The position numbers were made by a program, and so were the translations under genes. Positions 39,234 to 47,771 of a stretch of DNA of 64,000 bases are shown here, piece by piece. The notes under the pieces were generated by a model. The model was given only the letters and a program-made list of their open reading frames with translations, was not told the DNA's origin and ran no database searches. The stretch lies in IMG/VR virus record IMGVR_UViG_3300021142_000002, positions 62,001 through 126,000 of that record. The stretch is one strand, 5' to 3'. Position 1 is the first letter of the stretch. Each line of letters starts with the position of its first letter.

Positions 39234-40372
39234 AATCTCTTTATTTCATTAAGTAACTCCATTGAACAACCTATTAATTCCTCTTCTATCCCTAATGAAT
39301 TTAATCTATTTAATATAATTCCATTAATAGTATTTTCATTAATAGGAACTGGTTTATAAACTAAAGATGAAGTTATTGTTTTTTTGTCTTTTGAATCAGC
39401 TTCTTCAACTTCTGTAGTCCATTTGATATTAGCAAAACAACGTTTAAAGGCGTTGATAACATCATCATATCCTCCATTTTTCTCTAAGATTAATTTAATA
39501 TGCATTTCTTCTTCAGTTAAATTAGGTTTTAAATCTAAAATTAACTGGTTTAATATATCCTCTACTTCTTCCTTATCATAGCCTACTAAATTAAGTGTCT
39601 TAAAAATAGTAGCTTCTTTATTAACAATAAAGATAATGGTGTCTTGATCAAAAGAATCGTCATAAGAGACAACATTAAAAAATCCTTTATCATGTTCCTC
39701 GCCATGACATAATCTATCCGCACTCCCTTGAGCTAATATTCTATCATATCTGGACATGTGATGATGATGTCCAATGAAAATATATTTTCTTGTGATTGAT
39801 AAATAAAAGTCTGCATCGTGGTAGCTTAAATGTTTTAAATCAGGTAACTGATACTTAAAGCAGCCATGCATAAAGGCATAGTCTACTTTATCTATATTGT
39901 TTTCTTTTAATAGCTCAATGACTTCTAATTTAGTCTGGTTAGTATCCCCTCTCCACTCGTCTGGAACATAGAGAAAATGTTTATCAAATTGTTCATTATA
40001 TTCAATGGATAAAGTTTCTACATATTTCAGATCTACATTTAACTTAGTTACTCTATTTAAAATATTAAATTGTTTAGATTGCTTCCTATCATGGCTAGGT
40101 GTTCCGTATAATACCCTTAGAACAATGTTATAACGCTTACAGAGCGTCAATAATCTAACTATCCATATCTGTATATAGGCAATTGATTTATCGCCTAGAC
40201 TAAGATCTGCATCGAATACATCGCCTACCAAAACAATTAAATCAACTTCATTCATTGAATCATTAAAAGGGAGTAACTTATTTAACCTTTTAATGATGGT
40301 TTCAGCCTTTACCCTGCGATGACCTAAGTGAATATCAGATATAGAAATGATGTTAAGTTTATTACCAACCAT
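39230..40372 (-). CDS. sbcD: SbcD/Mre11-like metallophosphoesterase nuclease
   Basis: SDIHLG, VGDVFD, GTPSHD, MHG, GHHH motifs. Confidence 0.88.
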   Translation of the reverse strand: MVGNKLNIISISDIHLGHRRVKAETIIKRLNKLLPFNDSMNEVDLIVLVGDVFDADLSLGDKSIAYIQIWIVRLLTLCKRYNIVLRVLYGTPSHDRKQSKQFNILNRVTKLNVDLKYVETLSIEYNEQFDKHFLYVPDEWRGDTNQTKLEVIELLKENNIDKVDYAFMHGCFKYQLPDLKHLSYHDADFYLSITRKYIFIGHHHHMSRYDRILAQGSADRLCHGEEHDKGFFNVVSYDDSFDQDTIIFIVNKEATIFKTLNLVGYDKEEVEDILNQLILDLKPNLTEEEMHIKLILEKNGGYDDVINAFKRCFANIKWTTEVEEADSKDKKTITSSLVYKPVPINENTINGIILNRLNSLGIEEELIGCSMELLNEIKRL

Positions 40373-40850
40373 CTATATCCTCACTATAAAAGTTTTGATC
40401 TTTTATATCAGCACTCGCTTCTTTTTCATAGACTTCTTGATAGCCATATCTATCGAGTATAGCTTGCCATTCTTTAACATGTTCATTATCTCGATCTACT
40501 GTAAATTTAATTAATTTTGGCAGAGTCTTCTCAAGCAATGCGTATCCATAAACAGATTTAGCCTGTATCTCTAACTGAATATAGCCTAGTGTTTGACTAA
40601 CTACACTGTTAGTATCTGCTAATGGAGAATTCCTAATTGGTGGAACACTGAATAAAGCTTTATTTGTTTTACCATCGACCACATAGACTCTAGCATGAGG
40701 ATTACCAGCAACTTCATTTAGCCATCTATGATTAAATAAACCTGGATCTTCATTAAAGATTAAAGGAAGATAAAATCTAACAAACTTATCTTCAAAGATA
40801 GTCGGTGCAGACCCGTGAATGAGTCTTTTACAATCATCTTCAAAGCTCAT
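40362..40850 (-). CDS. Hypothetical conserved protein
   Basis: 162 aa; coupled to neighbours. Confidence 0.6.
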   Translation of the reverse strand: MSFEDDCKRLIHGSAPTIFEDKFVRFYLPLIFNEDPGLFNHRWLNEVAGNPHARVYVVDGKTNKALFSVPPIRNSPLADTNSVVSQTLGYIQLEIQAKSVYGYALLEKTLPKLIKFTVDRDNEHVKEWQAILDRYGYQEVYEKEASADIKDQNFYSEDIDGW

Positions 40851-41239
40851 TTGTTAATAGCCTTAAATAGATTAGTTAATACCCCACCAGCTACAGTAAA
40901 GGCTTGATTTAAAGAATAAGGTATTTGATTCCAGGTAACATTAACTGAAACATTTAACTGATACTTACCATCAGTAGGCGTTGTATTGCTAATAGTAACG
41001 TCAGCGGTATCAAATCCTCTTAGAAAATAAGTACTCAAAGCTGTTTCTAATTGGTTAGTCATTTCTATTGTATTATTTTGATAGACTCCAATTATGTAAG
41101 GTATTGATGTAATACTACCATTGTAGATAGTAGACTGCGAATTGTCTGCCAATAATGCATGAGCAAACATTAAAGTAAGTTTTTTATTAGGATCACTTAC
41201 CCAAGAATCACTTCCTAGATTTGGAATTACAGATGCCAT
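40847..41239 (-). CDS. Hypothetical protein, possibly gp25-like baseplate fold
   Basis: 130 aa; helix then beta strands (YQLNVSVNVTW); GGAGG RBS. Confidence 0.4.
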   Translation of the reverse strand: MASVIPNLGSDSWVSDPNKKLTLMFAHALLADNSQSTIYNGSITSIPYIIGVYQNNTIEMTNQLETALSTYFLRGFDTADVTISNTTPTDGKYQLNVSVNVTWNQIPYSLNQAFTVAGGVLTNLFKAINK

Positions 41240-41306
41240 TTTAACCTCCCAATTGTTGATAACATAAGGTTAGTTTAAGTCCTAAAAAAGAAAGGTTAGA
41301 AATAGA

Positions 41307-41336
41307 GATACTACCAGCTCATATGCTGGTAGTATC
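41307..41336 (-). terminator. Hairpin terminator
   Basis: GATACTACCAGC/GCTGGTAGTATC; displaced T-rich tract on the minus strand. Confidence 0.65.
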
Positions 41337-41351
41337 TAATAATTTACTTAA

Positions 41352-42845
41352 TTACGACATACCATCGGATAATGGTAGAACTTCACCACGAGCATGTGCT
41401 TCTAGCCACGCTTTAACATTTTCTTGAGACATATGTTTAAGCTCTTCTTTAACAGCATTTGATAAGTCATACTGATCTAAGTCAATTTCACCAGGAGCAT
41501 ATTCTTCAAGATGTTCCCAATCTTTAGCTAATTCATCAACTGAATCCTGGCCCACTTCTTCAGTATCTTCATTTACGTCAGTAAACTGAGCATAGGTTTC
41601 TTCAGGGTTAATCAATTGCAGCTTGTAGATGGGGATATAACCATTAACATCAATTGCCAGAACTAAACTAGCCAGCTTATCATTTTCAATTACGGTGCCA
41701 TTTTTGGCAACCAAAACAATATTACTAGCCGCTAATCTTTCTACTACGATATATGGACTAATAATGCCATATTCTGTCCCACTGGCCATTCTGCCAGTAT
41801 CATCATGACCTGTGGTAATTACAAGATCTAAATCAAAGTTAAAATTACCTAAGGCATCGCTAGTATCGCTATCTAAACCCAACACATCATTAATTTGACT
41901 AAATGAATTTATTAGACTCTCCATATTTTCAGGACGAGCCATGATATTGGTAATTTTAATAGTTTCTTGTGTGGTTACCTCACCAATAGCTTGTTCTACT
42001 TTAAGCGGAACAACAGGATCTTGCACCCAAACATGGAATGGAATTGCATTTGTTTCAAACTCACCGGACGATGGGTCAGTAACAGTGTAGAGTAGGTCAC
42101 ATACTACACCTGTAATAAAGGAGTCTTTATGTAGCCATACTTTACCTTTATACTCTTCTGGAACTGGCAGGGCCACTGGCCAACCATCTTCAATGGCCGC
42201 AGCATTGATAGTAACACCTTCCATATTAAGTGCTGGAATACCTTCATATCCCTTTAAAATGTAAATATTAAGATAACTGTTAGGCGTTTCAATAATTTCG
42301 TCATAGTTAATGCAGAAAGGCATATTTAAGCGTCTTTCATATTTGATTTGCTCAATGGATTTACCGGCATCTAATTCTTTTTGCTGGTAAGAATCATTGA
42401 TTAGCATATTTAACCAACCGTTAATAGTGGCTAACCAATCTTTATAGCTGGCAATGATTTCTTCTTCGGTAGCCATAGAAAGCATTTGAAGAAATAGTTT
42501 ATTCCAGTCTACAAATTGATTGCCTTTTTCCCAATGTAGATTATTATTAACCCACTCTGATTCATAGGCTAAAGCTAAAGTACCTAGATTACCAAAAATG
42601 AAATGCATGATCTCTTCACAGCGTTTATCTAGGATTTCACCAAAACCATTTTGCTCACGCAACGCATAGACCTCACGCTCAACCATAACAGGTTTAACAT
42701 AGGTCATTAAAACATGTTCCATAGAACGATCTAACTCAAATAGAGTAACACTAGCATCTTCAGCTTGAAGTTTAGTAATAGCTTCATAGTCTGGCACGCC
42801 ATCTTGTGCGCTCATAATTCTTTTATCTTTAAATACAATATGCAT
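41352..42845 (-). CDS. Hypothetical protein; N-terminal domain paralogous to the next gene
   Basis: 497 aa acidic; first ~160 aa resemble 42923-43540. Confidence 0.65.
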   Translation of the reverse strand: MHIVFKDKRIMSAQDGVPDYEAITKLQAEDASVTLFELDRSMEHVLMTYVKPVMVEREVYALREQNGFGEILDKRCEEIMHFIFGNLGTLALAYESEWVNNNLHWEKGNQFVDWNKLFLQMLSMATEEEIIASYKDWLATINGWLNMLINDSYQQKELDAGKSIEQIKYERRLNMPFCINYDEIIETPNSYLNIYILKGYEGIPALNMEGVTINAAAIEDGWPVALPVPEEYKGKVWLHKDSFITGVVCDLLYTVTDPSSGEFETNAIPFHVWVQDPVVPLKVEQAIGEVTTQETIKITNIMARPENMESLINSFSQINDVLGLDSDTSDALGNFNFDLDLVITTGHDDTGRMASGTEYGIISPYIVVERLAASNIVLVAKNGTVIENDKLASLVLAIDVNGYIPIYKLQLINPEETYAQFTDVNEDTEEVGQDSVDELAKDWEHLEEYAPGEIDLDQYDLSNAVKEELKHMSQENVKAWLEAHARGEVLPLSDGMS

Positions 42846-42880
42846 TTGTTGCTCCGAAAAATTAGGGAAAGAAATAACAT

Positions 42881-42910
42881 ATACTGAGACTAATTAATTA
42901 GTCTCAGTAT
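42881..42910. repeat. 30-bp perfect palindrome
   Basis: ATACTGAGACTAATT|AATTAGTCTCAGTAT. Confidence 0.85.
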
Positions 42911-42922
42911 ATTAATTAAATT

Positions 42923-43540
42923 TTAAGCATTTGCAGGGATTAGCTCACCTTCAATAGCAGGCTCTTGCATAGCGCTGTCTATGTCAGCCGCAGTGGCAAT
43001 AGGTGCCATAGTAGCATCAGACGGCATTACCGTGGCTTCTTCACCATTAGCAGCGACTTCTTCATCATAAGCCTGTGCATCAGTCAACATTTTGTTTTGT
43101 TTAGCGATAATATCAGCATTAACCGATTCACCATTAGCAGCGACTTCTTCATCATTCCAGATTTGCAAGAATCTGACCTGGCGAATGAACCAAACATTAA
43201 ATTCCTGCATAGCTTCTTCGTTATATTTGCGACCGCTGAATGCCCACAATGTATCAAACAAATAACGCAGCAGTGCTAAGCTATTAATCAAGTTAAACAA
43301 TGTATTAGCAGTTTCATGCGTAATATTACCTACACCATTTCCAGCACGACCAGAAACAATTGCATCACCTAATACTTTAGGGCGAACTACTTGCTGAATA
43401 GTATCTTCAACTGTTCTGCCTTCAATAGTAATAAGCTCAACACCTTCACCGTGTTCTGCAGCTAACGCATCTTGTTGGCCTTCTTCAGGCTGATTATCAC
43501 CATAAGCGAGTACACGACCACCTTTCATAAATACAAACAT
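42923..43540 (-). CDS. Hypothetical protein with internal repeat
   Basis: 205 aa; GAGG RBS; DEEVAANGE occurs twice. Confidence 0.7.
   Translation of the reverse strand: MFVFMKGGRVLAYGDNQPEEGQQDALAAEHGEGVELITIEGRTVEDTIQQVVRPKVLGDAIVSGRAGNGVGNITHETANTLFNLINSLALLRYLFDTLWAFSGRKYNEEAMQEFNVWFIRQVRFLQIWNDEEVAANGESVNADIIAKQNKMLTDAQAYDEEVAANGEEATVMPSDATMAPIATAADIDSAMQEPAIEGELIPANA
43040..43155. repeat. 29-bp exact direct repeat (43040-43068 and 43127-43155)
   Basis: TTCACCATTAGCAGCGACTTCTTCATCAT twice, 87 bp apart. Confidence 0.9.
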
Positions 43541-43748
43541 ATTTTTCCTCTTCTTTTAAACATTTAAGTGAAATTAGAGTTACCTACAATAGATAACTCT
43601 AATGGTTTAATTTTAATACTAGACTATAAATCCTTAACTACCATTTCAGAAGACTCTTCTTTGATTAGTAATACTACAGGCTCATTATTACTTCTGTTAC
43701 CTGGATCTAATAAAAATCTAAATCTCTACTCATCTTAATCTCCCCTGA

Positions 43749-44378
43749 TTAATATAACTCATTCCACTGACTCGTGTGATCATGATTATCACCACTGTCA
43801 ATATGCCTCTTAATAGTATCCCAAGAACCTAAGATACTCGTTTTATCCACTAAGCTCAGTATATCTTCACTATTGATAATTTCTTCATAGTAAACAGTAT
43901 ACTCACTTACTCCATCATCATTTAATGCAACTACACCATCCATTACCCTACGATAATCATAATGGCTATTACCCACGCCAATACGATCACTAGATGTGTA
44001 GCAATTTCCATAACCAGATATAGCTCCATTTAAATACCTCTCTCTAGTGATAGGCTCAGCCATAATCCATCGCCTCATGGTTTCTGATGCATTTTGAATA
44101 CTCGTTACATCAGACAAGTATCGAATGCTATCTGGCTGCCATATGCTATTAATTCTATTTTTCAAATTATTAACATATTGGATAGCTGCACTATTTTTTA
44201 TCTCTGCATATTTCTCTCCTACTATTCTAGCAAAATTAGGCGCTACATTTTTAACTGCACTCATGTAGCTGTTTACACCCTGATGGATATACTCCTGCAT
44301 AGATTGACTCGGTCTATAAAAGATCGAGTCAGTGGCTGCATTTAGATCATCCACCATTATTACATTGGCTTGAGCCAT
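43749..44378 (-). CDS. Conserved phiKZ-like core protein downstream of nvRNAP beta'
   Basis: 209 aa; GGAG RBS; own early promoter. Confidence 0.65.
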   Translation of the reverse strand: MAQANVIMVDDLNAATDSIFYRPSQSMQEYIHQGVNSYMSAVKNVAPNFARIVGEKYAEIKNSAAIQYVNNLKNRINSIWQPDSIRYLSDVTSIQNASETMRRWIMAEPITRERYLNGAISGYGNCYTSSDRIGVGNSHYDYRRVMDGVVALNDDGVSEYTVYYEEIINSEDILSLVDKTSILGSWDTIKRHIDSGDNHDHTSQWNELY

Positions 44379-44408
44379 TGTTTTCTCCTGTGAATACTAA
44401 TAGCCAAT

Positions 44409-44438
44409 AGATAATGTATTGATCTATTTTCATTGATT
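44409..44438 (-). promoter_or_regulatory. Early promoter
   Basis: AATCAA-N14-TACATTATCT. Confidence 0.6.
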
Positions 44439-44605
44439 TATCTGTTAATAAAATTACTCCAGATACTTGTTGTTACATCGGGTAAATTGATAACACTACT
44501 TAATTGCCCTAGATTAGTCGAATCATGAATACCATAGTGCGACTCTAGTAATCTACCCGCTTCTTGATGCCTTTTATCCATTAAAAGGAACATATTCATT
44601 TCGTC
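44438..44605 (-). CDS. nvRNAP beta' exon 4 (55 aa)
   Basis: DEMNMFLLMDKRHQEAGRLLESHYGIHDSTNLGQLSSVINLPDVTTSIWSNFINR*. Confidence 0.85.
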   Translation of the reverse strand, partial: DEMNMFLLMDKRHQEAGRLLESHYGIHDSTNLGQLSSVINLPDVTTSIWSNFINR

Positions 44606-47087
44606 CGTATTGTTCAGATAGAGTCGTTAATTCTATCCCGTAGTGATTAACTACTGCTAATACTCTCGTATTAGACCAGATCATGTCTTTACCGATTAGT
44701 ATTTCTTTAAAATACTAATGAAGGTACCTCCCATTTCTTCCCACTTGGGTTCTACTCCGCATAACCGGATGATCGTTGAACTTTTTCCATATACAAATAC
44801 TGTACTTAGGAACTTAGCTGCATAGTTATCTCTATTTACTATATTTTCAAACTGTGGCATTATCTTTCGATAATACAGTAGTATAGTAACTTAACAAGAT
44901 GTTCTAGCAATTAAAGAGGGTTCTATCTTAATATTTCTATTAAGTAGGGCATTTGCATACCATCATACGTATTGTTCAGATAGAATCGTTAATTCTATCC
45001 CGCAGCTTTACCTGCATCGCTAACACTTTCATGTTAGACCAGACTATATCTTCTACTAACTAGATTTAATTAGTAGCCCACCACTTCGAGATTACTTAAT
45101 CTCTACACCACGCAACCGGTTAGTCGTTGAACTTTACTCATATGCTCAGTAGAGCACTTAGAGTCTTAGCTGCTGATTGCCCAATCTTTATTATTTTTAA
45201 ACATTCATATTTCTTTTCAAAAATACAGTAGTTAATAAAGCTCTAAGGGGTTTCCAGCAATTCAATGGGATTCTTTATAACCTTACGACTATAAAGGACT
45301 CTAATTTCACTTATACTTAATTTAAATACCATCATAAAAAAGATGCTAGATAAAATAGGAATTATATAAGCATTTGATATCTGCATTGCATCCACGCAGC
45401 ACTAGAGTAGAAAAACTGATTGTTTTATCCTTTAAATCATTTTTTACTTTAGTTATATAAAAACATTGTGCAGATAGTCTTCCAAGACTAGGCATATATC
45501 TTTAAATAAGGTCGTTAATCTTATTTCTACTAATGTAGCTCTTACTCTCGTAAGATGTTGAGACTATATCATTACCTTTTACTTACTTTGTAAGTAAGCA
45601 TTCAGGCACACACCACTTCGAGATTACTTAATCTCTACTCTACTCGATTCAATTTATTCAATCGTCTTTCGATAGTCGTTGAACGTTCTCCTTATCTCGA
45701 TAATAGACTTAGGAGCTTCGCTGCTGATTGACTCTATTTACTATTTTTCAAACTATGGTATTATCTTTCAATAATACAGTAGTATAGTAACCTAACGAGT
45801 GATTCCAGCAATTAGATGTGTTTAATCAACAATATTTCTATTGAGGGGAACCCAATAACTTATGGTTATATGAAATAATAGTTTACAGAAATAAATCTGA
45901 TGATATTAAACTATAAATTATTTATATAAATTCCGTTGAAATAAAACCATAATCCCTCTGCATGGTAAAGGCGTTATTTCAAATTTTGTAACTCGTTTTA
46001 TTTCTGGCCCTTCATTAATTAGTTCTTGTATAATTTCGTCTATTAACTTATTATACATATTGCCACTATTTTCAACTAAATCATAGGCTCTTTTAGAACT
46101 AAAATTTCGCTGCATTAATTTAGAAACAATATGAACCTTTAACATCTCTAGACCCTGGGCCCAGGGTACATGTATTTCACTATATGAATGAGGTACATTT
46201 AAAGATGTGATCACCGCCCGCATACAAAAGTGTGATCTAGAACAATATAACTGTCCTCTAAACCATCCCTTCTTTAAACAGAATGTACCCTTAATCGTTG
46301 CAACATGATAAGCTACTAGATTAGCTATAACAGAGACTACTTTAGTTTCTATCTGGTTATCCGTTAATGGCTTAGACCTAGGCATGCTAATGTTAGCGAT
46401 TGTTCTACAAGCATCAATAGCGCCTGTAATAGATCGTTTATCTGCCCATGCGCCTGTTTGGGTATTTTCTACAATTAACATAGCCTTGGTAGGCACGGGT
46501 AAATACTTTGGAAATATTTTATTTCTAATGGCTTTAAGAAAGTAACAATAATCCAAAGCTTTATTCTTAGTTAATATAGGCAATATCTCTAAGAATTTAT
46601 CAAAGTTTCTAATAAAGTAATTTAATCCTCGCTCCCAACCTATGGATTCTAAATACTTTATTTTCTTTTGTGACTCTTTTGTTAAGTTACTAGGTACTTT
46701 AGCTCTGGAGTTTGTTAAATACTCCATGATGGAATAAGAGCCTCCTAGATGAGTATTTAACTGTACCCAGACTTCAGGTACAATAAATCCATCTATTCCA
46801 TCCGGTACTCTTATCCATGTTCGCATATCTATATTGCCTTCAGCAGGATAAGTAACAGGGGTATTGCAATTATCACAATACTTGTTTTCTTTAAATCCAT
46901 ACTTAGTATGCCCACAAGCGCAAGTAGGTACAGAGCCCAATACATCTGATTCATAAGTCGTTAGAATTAATGAATTAAAGGCAGCTCTATCTTCCTCTGT
47001 TTGATAAGGCACATCATTTAATACAACTGGTTTGACTACCTTAGTAAAAACAGTATCAAAGTCCGGTATATCAATGTAGTTTGACAA
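44438..47087 (-). CDS. rpoC: nvRNAP beta' catalytic subunit (phiKZ gp55-like), 4 exons, 482 aa spliced: join(47087-45930, 45492-45379, 44967-44959, 44605-44438)
   Basis: Zn motif CACG..CDNC in exon 1; the spliced junctions rebuild FQRN|PSL and GCNAD|YDG|DEMN; all phase 0; TTG start with GGAG RBS. Confidence 0.88.
44606..44958 (-). ncRNA. Group I intron 3 (353 nt, ORF-less, IA-like)
   Basis: 5' exon ends in U with P1 GGU/AU-GCAA-AU/GCC; P AAUUGCUAGAA; R GUUCAACGAUCA; S GACAUGAUCU; GAGA-capped P9; terminal G. Confidence 0.85.
44959..44967 (-). CDS. nvRNAP beta' exon 3: 9-nt microexon TAT GAT GGT (YDG)
   Basis: Preceded by the omega-G of intron 2, ends in U, and supplies the middle Asp of the catalytic DxDGD. 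Confidence 0.8.
44968..45378 (-). ncRNA. Group I intron 2 (411 nt, ORF-less, IA-like)
   Basis: P AAUUGCUGGAA; Q AAUCAGCAGC; R GUUCAACGACUA (45121-45132); S GAUAUAGUCU (45041-45050); GAAA-capped P9; terminal G. Confidence 0.85.
45379..45492 (-). CDS. nvRNAP beta' exon 2 (38 aa)
   Basis: PSLGRLSAQCFYITKVKNDLKDKTISFSTLVLRGCNAD. Confidence 0.85.
45493..45929 (-). ncRNA. Group I intron 1 (437 nt, ORF-less, IA-like)
   Basis: P AAUUGCUGGAA; Q AAUCAGCAGC; R GUUCAACGACUA (45673-45684); S GAUAUAGUCU (45561-45570); 5' exon ends in U; terminal G. Confidence 0.85.
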
Positions 47088-47099
47088 ATTTATAATCTC

Positions 47100-47192
47100 C
47101 TATAATAAATGTTCAAATAGATAATTTCCTATGGCAGAAGCTGTAATAAAAATAACTAATATATAGACTAACTCCCTGATAAAATGATACAT
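47100..47192 (-). CDS. Small membrane peptide (30 aa, not in ORF track)
   Basis: MYHFIRELVYILVIFITASAIGNYLFEHLL; AAGGAG RBS. Confidence 0.6.
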   Translation of the reverse strand: MYHFIRELVYILVIFITASAIGNYLFEHLL

Positions 47193-47196
47193 TGAC

Positions 47197-47331
47197 TTAC
47201 TCCTTTCTTTTATAGAAAAGAACTGTTAAACGCTTAGCGATAAAGTTAGCAATAGATTTTTCAGATGTTATCATTACTATTAAGAAAATGATAGCCAATA
47301 TAAAGGCCAATAAATCTGGATCAATTATCAT
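47197..47331 (-). CDS. Small membrane peptide (44 aa, not in ORF track)
   Basis: MIIDPDLLAFILAIIFLIVMITSEKSIANFIAKRLTVLFYKRKE; TAATG coupling to the upstream ORF. Confidence 0.6.
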   Translation of the reverse strand: MIIDPDLLAFILAIIFLIVMITSEKSIANFIAKRLTVLFYKRKE

Positions 47332-47537
47332 TAATGTCCTATTTGTAAAATGTTAAGTATAGTAGAAATAGATGAAATAATAACCGTTAATAAAAACCCT
47401 ACTAATAAAGGAATAGAAACATAAGGCACTTTATTATTAGCATCTAAATCCTTTAATTCTAAACGAATGATGTTTCTAATGAAGTAGGTTAATCCTAGCA
47501 TCATTATTATTAACATCAAAGAAATAATATACATCAT
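47331..47537 (-). CDS. Small two-helix membrane protein (68 aa)
   Basis: Two hydrophobic segments; GGAG RBS. Confidence 0.65.
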   Translation of the reverse strand: MMYIISLMLIIMMLGLTYFIRNIIRLELKDLDANNKVPYVSIPLLVGFLLTVIISSISTILNILQIGH

Positions 47538-47574
47538 AAAAATTCTCCAAAATTATTGACTAGATTTAAATGGG

Positions 47575-47691
47575 TTATTGAGTGAGCCCAAATAAAGAAA
47601 GTAATTTAGCCGCACTAGATGGATAAAAATTATATATAGTTATAGCTATAATTGTTGTTACTACCAGCACATAGCTGAGTATAAATAGCAT
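47575..47691 (-). CDS. Small membrane peptide (38 aa, not in ORF track)
   Basis: MLFILSYVLVVTTIIAITIYNFYPSSAAKLLSLFGLTQ; AGGAG RBS. Confidence 0.6.
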   Translation of the reverse strand: MLFILSYVLVVTTIIAITIYNFYPSSAAKLLSLFGLTQ

Positions 47692-47730
47692 TGTTTTCTC
47701 CTAAAATGAAAAAATAAAAGGGCATAAGAA

Positions 47731-47760
47731 AGGGATAGCAGATTTAAATCTGCTATCCCT
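47731..47760. repeat. 30-bp perfect palindrome after chmA
   Basis: AGGGATAGCAGATTT|AAATCTGCTATCCCT. Confidence 0.85.
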
Positions 47761-47771
47761 ATTTTACTTAA

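Noticed and set aside
43620-43733. MSRDLDFY* micro-ORF with a possible -1 frameshift into a ~30-codon frame
   Set aside because: The product would be only ~37 aa with no motif; it cannot be told apart from a decayed ORF or a homopolymer error
44606-45850. Repeated blocks as a CRISPR array or tandem repeat
   Set aside because: The repeats differ pairwise, are not regularly spaced, and map to intron domains; no cas genes are visible
45918-45929. ORF-track C-terminus LYK* of the 389-aa beta' ORF
   Set aside because: These codons are the start of intron 1; the conserved sequence resumes as PSL at 45492
44400-45929. Pseudogene or frameshifted RNAP interpretation of the gap
   Set aside because: Three full group I cores with precise U/G boundaries give phase-0 in-frame joins and a compensated P7
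47119-47128. AGATAATTTC as an early promoter for beta'
   Set aside because: It mismatches the consensus, lacks the upstream hexamer and lies inside the 30-aa ORF
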